Shown: in pieces, positions 1 through 10,600 of the stretch
Layout of the letters: the number at the start of each line of letters is the position of its first letter
Numbering within the stretch: the stretch's first letter is position 1
DNA from: Clostridiales bacterium
Lineage (GTDB): Bacteria; Bacillota; Clostridia; Christensenellales; Aristaeellaceae
Direction: 5' to 3'
Assembly: GCA_015056305.1 (NCBI GenBank)
Contig: SVGO01000001.1
Location: 1,602 to 65,601 of the forward strand
DNA: 64,000 nt
Notes under the pieces: generated by a model
What the model was told of the DNA's origin: nothing
Seen by the model: the letters and a program-made list of their open reading frames with translations, nothing else
Databases searched by the model: none
Made by a program: the position numbers and the translations under genes

Positions 1-78
1 ATGTAACAAACCTTCGCTTTGCATTTTCCTCCCGCCGTGCTATAATCACCTCTGTTCGTTTTTTGAACGTCAGACCAT

Positions 79-267
79 TTGCATTCAAAGGAGTATTTTC
101 CGGTGCCTCTGATTATCTGCACTGTATTTTTTGCCGCATTGTTCATCGTCGAGGGGGCCTGGTATCTGGCCGGCATCGCCGCGAAGGAGCGCGAACTCGA
201 CCGCTTCCAGGCCGTCGAGCATCCCCGCCGCATGACCAGCGATCTCTATCTGGATATGCTGGGTTAA
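79..267 (+). CDS. small hydrophobic protein, function unknown
   Basis: ORF track 79..267. AAGGAG at 88-93 favours an in-frame GTG at 103. TATAAT at 41-46 lies upstream. Hydrophobic stretch PLIICTVFFAALFIVEGAWYLAGI. Confidence 0.35.
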   Translation: MHSKEYFPVPLIICTVFFAALFIVEGAWYLAGIAAKERELDRFQAVEHPRRMTSDLYLDMLG

Positions 268-291
268 ATTTCCCGCATCCATGAGTTCCCC

Positions 292-320
292 TTGACTTCC
301 CGCCGCAATTCAGATATACT
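292..320 (+). promoter_or_regulatory. sigma-70-type promoter for the tRNA gene
   Basis: TTGACT (292-297), 17-nt spacer, TATACT (315-320), about 22 nt upstream of the tRNA 5' end. Confidence 0.5.
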
Positions 321-342
321 GAACTGGCATTCATCCTCACCC

Positions 343-426
343 GCCGGTGTGATGGAATGGCAGACGTGACGGATTCAAAATCCGTTGGGGAGACCCGTGT
401 GGGTTCGAGTCCCACCACCGGCACCA
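343..426 (+). tRNA. tRNA-Leu (anticodon CAA), class II with long variable arm, encoded CCA
   Basis: Acceptor gccggtg/caccggc. Anticodon stem acgga/tccgt with loop ttCAAaa. Variable arm ggggagacccgtg. T-arm gtggg-ttcgagt-cccac. Discriminator a followed by cca. Confidence 0.9.
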
Positions 427-428
427 TT
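402..428. repeat. attL core: 27-bp direct repeat (tRNA 3' end), identical to 40523-40549
   Basis: ggttcgagtcccaccaccggcaccatt occurs at 402-428 and again at 40523-40549. Confidence 0.85.
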
Positions 429-432
429 TGAG

Positions 433-466
433 AAATCCAGCAATCGCTGGATTTCTTCTTTTTTCT
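433..466 (+). terminator. intrinsic terminator after the tRNA
   Basis: Hairpin aaatccagc-aatc-gctggattt followed by a T-rich run cttcttttttc. Confidence 0.7.
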
Positions 467-526
467 ATCTATTGTTTGGTTTTTCTTTTTTATCCCTTTG
501 GATTATTGTACAGACAAGTGGAGAAA

Positions 527-567
527 AATGCAACACAATGGAGCACAATGCAACAGGCAATGCAACA
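527..567. repeat. three direct copies of (C)AATGCAACA; candidate integrase arm-type sites
   Basis: Copies at 527-535, 546-555 and 558-567. Degenerate versions lie at the equivalent position right of the second att copy (~40660-40700). Confidence 0.3.
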
Positions 568-616
568 GAAAAAGCGCCCCGCCAGCACAAAGCCAGCAGG
601 GCGCAATTTTTATTTT
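568..616. terminator. bidirectional hairpin downstream of the holin gene
   Basis: gcgccc (574-579) pairs with gggcgc (599-604). An A-run precedes the hairpin and a T-run follows it. Confidence 0.45.
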
Positions 617-1068
617 GTTTCGTTGTGGCCAGCGTGCGCCACATCAAGGATCGTCTGAATCAGCGGAACATTCAGGCCGAGCAGATTCAGATTTTCCAGC
701 AGGCTGACCAGCTCCGTCGCAATGACGTAGGTCATCGCTGCGGTGCTGATACCCTCCATGCCCAGCGGCGTGCCGGTGTAGATGCACACCAGAACGATAA
801 GCCACTCAGCGCCCTTCTTGATGATGCCCTCAAGCATCACACGGCTGGACACCTTTCCGCTCTCGCTCTTCTGGCTCTTGCCCAGCACGGCGCATGCGAG
901 GCCGGTAAGAATGTCAGCCGCCTGCACGATCAGAACAGCCTGACCCAGCGCAGGCAGGCCAGTCCAGAAGCTGATGGCCAGACCGACGAGCGCGCCGATC
1001 CAGCCAAAGATATCTGTGAGAAAATCCACCAACCAATCCATAATTGTGTGAAAGAGTTTCATCTGCAT
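610..1068 (-). CDS. phage holin (multi-TM, toxin-secretion/phage-lysis holin type)
   Basis: 152 aa with several hydrophobic helices (WIGALVGLAISFWTGLPALGQAVLIV; WLIVLVCIYTG). Lies immediately downstream of the endolysin. Confidence 0.65.
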   Translation of the reverse strand: MQMKLFHTIMDWLVDFLTDIFGWIGALVGLAISFWTGLPALGQAVLIVQAADILTGLACAVLGKSQKSESGKVSSRVMLEGIIKKGAEWLIVLVCIYTGTPLGMEGISTAAMTYVIATELVSLLENLNLLGLNVPLIQTILDVAHAGHNETK

Positions 1069-1084
1069 TCTTTTCTCCTTGTTC

Positions 1085-1621
1085 TTAGTCCACGCTCCCG
1101 ATCAGCACGCGCCAATCACCGATAGGTTCAAAGTGATTGCCAGCCGAATCAATAATCGTAATCTTCGTATTGTTGGGATCCGTACCTGTATTGTTGGGGA
1201 CGACGTCGATATCGTTGGGAGCAGTCTGATCCAGAACAGCGATATACCGATGTTGGCCCAGCAGGTGCCAGCCACCATCCAGCGGAGTCTCGACCACACA
1301 GCCGGAGACAGAACTGGAATGAATCACCGTCCCCTTGTCCGTCACCAGACCAACGTGATGGATGTCTTCACCGCTGCGTTTGAACGCCAGCATGCCGCCG
1401 CGCGCACCTTCGATCCCCTCCTGCCGCCAGACCAGATGGCGGTACTTGCCGGATCTGTCAATGCTGCGCCACAGCCAGTTCGTGCCCTCGCAGCGATAAT
1501 CCGTCACGCCGCCAGCGCTGCGCTTGATCACATCGCGGATCAGCGCAATGCAGTCCATTTCTTTGTACGCAGTACCGAGACGCGCCTGCGCGGATCGAAT
1601 CGCATCATGCGCCTTGATCAC
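1085..1621 (-). CDS. endolysin, NlpC/P60-type cell-wall hydrolase
   Basis: Cys/His motif candidates (DCIALIRDV; IHHVGLV). GTG at 1621 has better GGAGG spacing than the track start at 1630. Paralog at 40819..41358. Confidence 0.75.
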   Translation of the reverse strand: MIKAHDAIRSAQARLGTAYKEMDCIALIRDVIKRSAGGVTDYRCEGTNWLWRSIDRSGKYRHLVWRQEGIEGARGGMLAFKRSGEDIHHVGLVTDKGTVIHSSSVSGCVVETPLDGGWHLLGQHRYIAVLDQTAPNDIDVVPNNTGTDPNNTKITIIDSAGNHFEPIGDWRVLIGSVD

Positions 1622-1683
1622 CCGTTCCACCTCCCTTACACAACACCCACCAGAACAGTAACGTAATCAAAAAAGCTTCTTCA

Positions 1684-4600
1684 TCAAATCTCACCCGCCT
1701 CTCTCTTCCTGCGCGCCATGTCCGTGACAATCAGCAACTTCGCATCGTCCACCATGTCTTTGACCAGCTTCGTGCGCTCGTCATCGTCCATCTTGCTCCA
1801 TGCCTTGCTCTGATTGCCGTAGCGTGCCTTGTCTTCCATAACCAGCCGCAGGCCGGGGAAGTCAACATCGTTACTCTTCGCATCTCTGTAGGGTCGGCCG
1901 CCATCGCCGTTGAACAACAGGTCACCATGCTGCGCGTTCACGCTGCGCTTTTCATCATCCGTCAGATCCATGATGATCGCCGCATCGCCGTAGTGCATTG
2001 CCTGCGCTTCTGTCTTGTTCAGCTTCAGCTCAGACTTGTTTGCTCCAATCAGGTCCGTCGGCAGGAAATTGCCCTCGCCCGTGCGATAAGCAAGATCCAG
2101 CAGTTCAACAAGCGCCTCATCGTTCTTCTCGCCGATGGTCGCCGTCGGGGTAAGGAAGCTGTCCAGCATCTGCATCACAGCATTGCCATGCTCGCCTTCC
2201 GGATTCCAGTAGCCATTCTGCAGCTGCTCGTCGCCCGTGATGTCCGTTTTAATAGGAAGCATCTGACGCAGCAGCGGCCAGCTCTGTACCATGTTCTGCT
2301 TAAGGGATGCCCAGATTGCATTGGAATCGCTGGTGTCGCGCACATAAGGATCTGTCGCTTTCGCCACAGCACGCACCCAAGAGGGCGTGAGGCGGTTCAC
2401 AAGCGAATTGGCAGAAGTCTGGATGAAGCGCTCGGCAATACCCGTCGCATCGCCATAGCCGCGGAATACGTCATTGAAAGCGGAGAGCATCGAGCTGTTG
2501 AACATCTCGTTCCAGGTGCTGGAAAGAACACCCTTGGTCAGCGCTTCCACAACATCCGCATTGCCCGTCGCATCTGCCAGATCCTTGACCAGATTCGCAC
2601 CGATCACCAGACCGCCGGCACCCGGCAGCGCCCAATCAATCTCATGCTTCTTGCCGCCGATCTCAAGGTACATGCCGTACGGATCGCCAAGCGCCTTGCG
2701 AACGCCGCGCACCTTCTCATCCTCTTCTTCACCATAACCAAACTTGAGCGCGCCTGCGCTTGCCAGCGCACAGCCGGCAGCTACAAGGCCCGTGCCCGTC
2801 AGGCCGCGGCCCACGTTCATAACAAAACGGCGCTGGTCGAATCCCGCGCCGTTATTGTATTTCATGTCCCACAGGCCATCCTTAATCAGCGACTTCGCCA
2901 GACCGACCGGGCTGTAATCCAGAAGACGCGCCGCAATATTTGTCGGGGTCTTCACGAACGGAATCACCATGTTGGCAACCGTTCCCCAGAAGGGGGATTC
3001 CTGCAGCTGGGCAATGGCCTTGCTGATTGTGCCATCTTCCTGGAAGACGCGCTTGGTTGCGCGCATCGTCGCTTCCTCGTGCATCTCTTCGGCAGTCATT
3101 TCACGCAGCACGCCGCCCTCATTCACCTTCATGCCCAGACGCTTGATGATCGCCAGCTCTTCGGCATAGCACTTCTCATAGAAGGGCCGGTCACCGATCT
3201 GCATCGCAAAGTCAACCATCGTCTTTCCGGCTTCAAGCATATCATTCTGGAACGTCCTGCCGCGGCCAGCCTGATTGATATCGTACTTTCGGCCGTGGCC
3301 TGTGTCCGTGTGCGTAATGAAATAGTCCTCAAAGGTCTGCGCAGCTTCACTCTTGAAGGCTTCCTTGCCCTGTGCACGCTCCTGCTTGTTGGCAATCGAA
3401 GTCGTGCGCGTGCCGGTCTGCTTAGAAACTGCCTTATCAACCAGCGTTCCGAGCGCCGTGGACAAGGATTCAAGCGGATTCATCAGGACGTTGGACGCCA
3501 CGTTGCGCACCCACGTTGCCGGGGAAGACAGCATATTGGCATACGTCCAAGATCTGAACTTCTCCATGAAGCTCGCCGGCGTGATGTTCGCCTGAGCGTC
3601 ATATACGCGGCTCAGCGCAATCTTGCCTTCTCTGGTCTTGGGGATGTCATTCTCCACGCCGCCCTGTGCAATCACTTCGCTCATCTGGCCGGCAATGTAA
3701 TTCAGGTCAGCTTCGGTCACAACCGCATAGCCTTCCTTCATGAATTCCAGCTGCTGGCAAAGCGTCAGCAGACCGCTGCCGCGTACGCCTTCAGGCGTTG
3801 CGATGATCGCGGAGAGCATCCTCTGCTTGAGCGTAGCATGCGCGTAGTCGCTGGGAAGCGCCGTGCTCATCAGACCATACTTCTTCGCCAGCTCCATCTG
3901 CGCAGCATTGAGCGGAAGTCCCCACGGATTGTTGCGGCTCGTCTCACCGTCCAGCTTGTCCAGTCTGTTCTTGAGTGTATCGGCCGCATCGTAAATATCC
4001 TGAATGTATTGCGGCACAAAATGAATCATACCCGTATCTTCGACAGGGCCAGGACCAATGGATTCTTGTACGCCATCTGCATCAGCTGCAAGCTGTGGAC
4101 CATCAAATGCTTCATCTGCGAGCCATCCATCCTTGTTGTCAAGCATGGTCTCCTGAAGCGCCGCACCATCAGGTGCGGATTCTTCACCCGTCCACGCAAT
4201 GCCCGGCGTTGTGTTCTCTGGCAGAATCTGACCGTCAAACTCTTCATCGGCCAGCGGGGTATCATCCATAAAGGTCTCTTGAAGCGCAGAGCCTTCAGGT
4301 GCAGATTCGTTTCCGGTCCATGCAGTAGACGGCCCACCATTCCTTTTGCTTGCCGATCCTGCCGCATTCCCGCCAACATTCCCGCTTCCAGATCCGGAAT
4401 AACCGCCCGTTCCGCTTCCCTGGCCAGCTGCACCAGTACCATCGCCATTGCCAGAACCCGCCGAAGTATTGCCCGTAGTACCACCAGCATTACCCGAAGC
4501 CGGTTTACCCTTCGGCGCTTCGTTGCCAATCGGGATATACTTGGTCGCATCCGTGTTCTTCTTCTTGGTATTGTACTGCTGCGCTTTGCGAATCGCTTCT

Positions 4601-7600
4601 GCCATCGCGCCTTCCGGCGTGAGGCGAAGACCGATCTTCAGGCTCTGAAGCGCGCGGCCCTGCTCCGTGGATTCTTCCAGCATGCGCATGGCCAGCATCG
4701 CCGCCGTCACGCTGTCACTGTTCCTCGTCGCATCTGCCATCGCTACAAAGGCAAGGGCATTATCATCCGCGGTATAGCTCTTCTTCTCTTTGTTCATGAG
4801 CATGGCAACTGTCGCATCGAGGCCGTCCCGGTCAAGCCGCTCCGTCGCTCTCTTCACCTGGTCGCGGTTGGTATCGCGCTCATATTCGCTGTCCTTCACT
4901 AGTTCCTTTACATGATCTTCAATGAAGTCCGCGCGCTGCATGGTGTTGTTGCCGAACTGACGGATACCGATGGATTTTTGCACGCTACTTTGCATAGACT
5001 GATTCTTGACACCGGTTCCGCTTTGCGGTACACTAGTGTTAGAAGAGGGCGTCGCTTCCGACCTGCCCCGGCTACCGTCCGGGGATCGGAGCTGAGCGTC
5101 CTTTTTTTCTTTTGTCTTTCGCGCATACAGCTGATAAACCCAACCACCATCGTCGCGCTCTTTCAGGTCGAGCCACAGCGTCATCGGCTTGTCACCATTC
5201 TCGTCACGATACACAAAATCATTGGAGAAGTAGTGCCACTCTTTCACGCCTTCATGCGTCGGAGATACCTTGCCGCTTTCCGCTTCATTGTCAACCTGTG
5301 TCACTTCACGCGCCATATCATGCAGATCGTCTGCCAGATTCAGCGTGATTGTTCGGTCTCCCGAAGAGCCATTTTTGCTGTGAACAACCTTGCCCAGATC
5401 AGTCTTAACCTGATTCGTCGGATCATAGTCCGGATCAAAATTAGCGGTGATCTTGCGGCTCTGGCCATCCATACCGATAACATCCAGCTCAATGGGATCT
5501 TTACTCCATACATTCTGCCACAGATCAACCAGACGGTTAATCTTTACGCTCTTTGGTGTATCCGGCGCGAAGTTGGATTCGTAGATACCCTTGCCATCAT
5601 CCGTCCTTCCAACAAGCGAATACTGCAGCTGCGTCTGCTCGACCGGTCGATTGTCCGTGTCATTCGTCAGCTCACTCATCGCTGCCGTCGGATCGCTGCC
5701 CGTCTCGCCTTCCTTGATCTTGGCCGATTTGCGCAGCGCCTGCTCCATCAGGTCGTGTGCCTTCTGAATTGCGTCATACTGTGCGCGTGCTTCAGGGCCG
5801 GCCTTTTTTGCTTTTTGGCGATTCAGGAACGTGCGAAGCTTCATGTACACGCGCTTGACAAAACTGCGCTTGCCGCTTTCAATCAACTGCTCAAAGAACA
5901 CTTCGTCGCCGCCGATCACCGTCTCCGTCGCCGCGGCTACCAGCTCGGCGTCAAGCTCGCTTTCGCTCAGCGTCACGCCATGCTTGCTGTATTCCTCGCG
6001 GATATCCTCACGGTCTCGCTCGGTCGCCGTTTCATCTCCGGCATACGCCGCTTCAAGCACAGCCTGCTTGTACTCCTCGTAGCCCTTCGACTTCTCAATG
6101 AAGTGCGTCAGTTCATGGAGCACAACCACCCTGCGCAGTTCACCTGCACCCAGCTTATTGGAAAGAACAAGCTGACCATTGGCCCGGTCGAACCATCCGC
6201 GCGTGCCGTCTGCCAGATTCGCAGTCACCAGCTTAATGCCCGTCTTCTTGTACAGGTCACTTGCCATCTTCTGCGTCACAGGATCGAGTGTACCTTCGGT
6301 TGTCTCGGTAATGTAGGCTTCAGCAACCGCGCTGCCAATAGACGCCTGAACACCGGCCAGCTGCTTCTTACGCTCGGCAAGAGCAACAATCGCTTCCTCC
6401 GGATGCGTCGTTTCTCCGTCAATGTAGCCGGGAGCCTGTGCCGCCAGATCTGCAAAGAAGCTGCCGTCCAGACTATTGCGGCTCTTGGTTTTGTCCTGCG
6501 TAAGGTTAAAGCCATACTTGCGGTTGAACTGAGGAATCGTCAGGCCGGTTTGGCTCTTGATCTCCGCTGCCTGCTGCGCGTCTACATAGATCGCGCGCGT
6601 ACGCAGATCCTTATATACCGGGGCCATGGTGGCCTTTTCCTGCGTCAAATTCTCTTTCTCTGCCGCTTCCTGAAGGGCAGCGGCCGCCTGTTCATCCTGC
6701 GCATTCAGCGCGTTCTCAGCGGCATTTCGCGCATCCTGCGTGGCCTCAGATTCTTGTGCTTCGCCCAGAAGCATGAGCCTTCTGTCTTCCAGCTCGCTGC
6801 GCTTCATGGATAGCTCATCGAATGCAGCTATATCGTCATCGGCATCAGCCTGGGCAATCTGCTCCTCAAGCCCAGCCAGCTGTGATTCTACCTCTTCGAT
6901 CTGAGCATCCAGCGTGCGCTTGCGGTTCTCGTTGTCATTCTGAAGCTGCGTGCGCTTCGCTTCCGCTTCCTGTGCCAGCTTGACCGCCGCAGCCTTGCGT
7001 GCATCCTGCATCTTCTCTTCGCGCACCTGATTGGCTTCGTAGGTCTTCTGCGCTTCCTCTCGCGCATGTTCCTTCTGACCCTGCTCAGCCTTGCTGATAT
7101 CGTCCAGCGCATTCACAGCCGCCTGCATGTTGCCGGCCGCCTTCTGCTCGTCGTAGTGCTTCCAGCCCTCTTCAATGCGAACCGTCGAAGCGTCTAGCTC
7201 CTGCTTGTGGCTGTCTGCCTGCTCCTGCAGCTTTTGGTGTTGGGCAATCTTGCCATCGCTGCCATCATCCCGGATCAGGACGTGTACCACCTTTTCATCC
7301 ATCTGCTGCGCATGCGCATCATCATTGATCGCAGCCGCCGTTTCCGGATTGCTCATGTCAGCCTTGGCCGCCTCGATGAATCCGGCAATATCCTTGCTCT
7401 TACCGCCCACAATATCCTTGGCCATGCGCACGCTGGTGATCGTGGTCACACTTGCGCCTGCCAGCGTAAACAGGCTGCTGGTAATCGCAGCATCCGGAAG
7501 CCCGATCATTACGTCGCGTCCAGCCTTAACCAGATCCACATCCGTCACGTTGAGCATTGCGCCCACTACATCAGCAGCGCCAATATCTTCGCCTGCATCA

Positions 7601-10600
7601 ATCTTGCGATAGATCGGGCCGAACATCTGATCCACCGCCTGCGCGGCGATATTTTCTTTCAGCTCATCCGATACAGCTTCATCAAATACGTTGCCTGCCG
7701 CAGTCGTAACAAATGTCTTGATGGCAGCTTTTGCCTTCATCGAACCGCTCGGATTCTTGCTCATGGCTTCAAACCATCCGGCGCGGCCCAGCGTTGTTGC
7801 GCCGGTCAGCTGGCCATAGATCTTTTCAAACGTGCCGCTGTTCGCCAGATGCATTGCTGCTGTGTCCCACGCAGCCATATGGCTGGCGCTGTTCAAGAGG
7901 TAGCCCTGCGCAAGGCGCGCGTCATAGTTCTGGCCGTAGCTGGTCACATCGTAGCCCAAGAAGAAACCTGCCGCTGCATTTCCGGTCAGCGCCGAGCCGG
8001 CGCCCGCCACGGTCGCGGAGATCGTGTTCTCCGTGATTGCGCTTGCAAAGCCATACCACCTGTTTTCGCCCGGCGTGCCGTTTTTCGCCATAAAGGTATC
8101 CAGCTGTGCCACGTTTTCACGCATCTGCGCCGCCGTCGAGCGAAGACCCCCCAGCGCCGTCGGATCAATGCCGATATCATAGATGTCGGTTGCGCTGTCC
8201 ATCGCCTGTTTCAGCGCCTTGGCATATTCCTCGCTCAGCGTGCCGCTGTCAATGAGCGCCGTCAGATCATCTCGATAGTAGTCTCGTCCATACGGGCCGA
8301 ACTCAGTCTGATAATGACCTGTCAATTTCTCCGCCGTGCGCACCACATTGGCCTGCGTCATGCCCTTATACAAGGAATCATTGAACGTGCCCCACCAATT
8401 CTGCGCGCCGCGGGCAATGCCGTATCCCGTCGCCGGGATCACGCCCACGCCCTCGCCCATGCCGATCAGCGTTTCCTTCTCTTCCGGCGTAATGCTTGCA
8501 CCCTGCTGCTGCATGCGCACATTTGCGCGCTGTGCCAGCTGATCCAGATTCATGCCGCCGATGCGATCATAGTACTGTTCCAGAGATAGGCCAAGAGACA
8601 ACGCCGTCTCCGTATCTTCATCCAGAAGAGCATGCATCTCACTCTTGATCGATGCAATGAAAGAGCCGGTATCCTTGACACCGCGCGCAGACAGATTCTT
8701 ATAAACGCTCGTCTGTTCAAAGCCGCCATATACCGGTTCGAAGTAATTGCGGTTCAGCTGGAAATTCATCACCGCGCGCAGCTCATCGTCCAGCACATCT
8801 TTCCATTCTGCCGTTGCATTCTCCTGAACAAGCGCCAGCTGCGCATCGCTGTACTGGCCGCTGAGAACAGCAGCGCGCGCATCTTCGAGCGCCTTTGCGC
8901 TCTTCTGCTCTTCCTCGGCGCGGATCTTATTTTCGTTTTCAATCAGCAGATTCCAGTTATTGTAAATCCCTTGAATCTTGCTGTGTCCATCTGAATTCTT
9001 CAGATAATATTCAAAGCCATTCTCACCTTCCGGGCATACCAGATCGCCCTTGGCATACGCCTGTCCGGCAGCATATACCACTTCGGTCAGGATCATCATG
9101 CCATCTCCGCGCAGCTCACGCGGGAATTCGTCGCTCATGATGTCCTGATATGCGCCGTAAATCGTCGTGCCAAAAGAACGCATGCTCTTGTCGGTGATGA
9201 ATTCAGGGCTGTTCGTGCCGAGTTCCATTTCGACCAGCTCCTGATTATTCAGAGCGCCATGCAATCTGCGCACGTTCTGATCCTTCATCAGCTCGTCAAT
9301 GTGTGCCCTGTCCTCCGGCGCAATCAGGTTGCCCTTGCCCTGATACATCAGCTCAAGCACTTCGCCATCGTCTGCAACAGGAATATACTCCGGCTTGTCC
9401 TGCTGAGCCTGTACCTGTGCCATGCCCGGCATATCTTTGTCTCCAAGCACAGTCTGCGTAAACAGCTGTACGCTCGGCACATTGGACGGAGCAGAGGAAG
9501 TCTCGCCGCTCTCCTGCTCAGTCTCCTTCACCGGGCTGCTTTCTTCCGGCCGCTGGGCAGGCGCTTCGTTATCCGCTGTTCCCTTTGCTTCCGGCTCTGC
9601 ATCGTCACCCGGTTTGGCATCCGTCTTGCCAAACAGAAATTCGTCGACACTCTGTACCGCATCACCCACGGCATCAAGGCCATTGTCAATCGCATCGCCA
9701 ACCTTTTCGATCCAGCGGCGGTTGTCCTTCTTCGGCTCTTCTTCCTGCTGCGGCCCCTGTGCTTCCGGCTGTTCCTGCGGCTTATCCGGCAGCTTGTCCT
9801 TGTGCGTAGCTACACCGAAGTACGCCTTTTCAAGTGCGCTTGTCAGATTGCGCTTGGCCAGAACATCATAGCTCTCATTGTCCTGAATACTGGCCAGCTG
9901 CAGGTGATACTGCTCAGCATTGAAACGGTCAATCTCCTCTCCCGTTCCCTGCTTAAAGAGCGTCTTGTATTCCTTGGCCAGGGAGTTATACTGCGTCTGC
10001 GTCAAGGAATAGCTGTCGCGGAACGTATCAATATCATCCGGCGGGAAGTAACCAAAGAATCGGGAACCTCGGCGCGAACACAGGCTCTTGAATGCCTTGA
10101 CAGCTGCTGCGCGATCATCTTTATCTGCAATACCCTGAATACCCTGCGTCACCATTTCCGGGCGCGCAGTATTGATGTTGATCGCGTTGCCGTTTACATC
10201 GACAAGACCGGACAGAATACCCATGCTGCTCTGCGGCTTGCTGAACAGACGGTCGCCCAGCAGCTGCTCGGCGCTGTAAAGCACATCGTCATAATTCTTA
10301 TTGTGCTTATTGGCCCATGCTTTATAGACCGTAACTTTGTCCCAGTCGCTGTCCAGCGTGGACGCAAAGTAAGCCAGCTGCTTTTCGTCCTTGATAGAAG
10401 CGATATTCACAGAGATATCATTTACACCCCAATCGCGAACGCTGGAAGGAATGAAACCGCCTTCTCGATTCTTCTGCTCGATCTGCTCCCGATGCGGTTC
10501 CAGAGTATCCGGCAGATACAGTTCGCCTGCCTTTACGACTTCTACATCAACACCACGGGTATAATTTCTCTGATGAATCAGAAAATGCTGATCTTCTGTC

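Noticed and set aside
1630-1700. Tiny hydrophobic ORF overlapping each endolysin start (also at 41340-41420), conserved ...LCKGGGTGDQGA
   Set aside because: The conserved part coincides with the endolysin RBS and first codons, so conservation is explained without a second gene. The two 25-30-aa TM peptides upstream of the remnant endolysin remain unverified.
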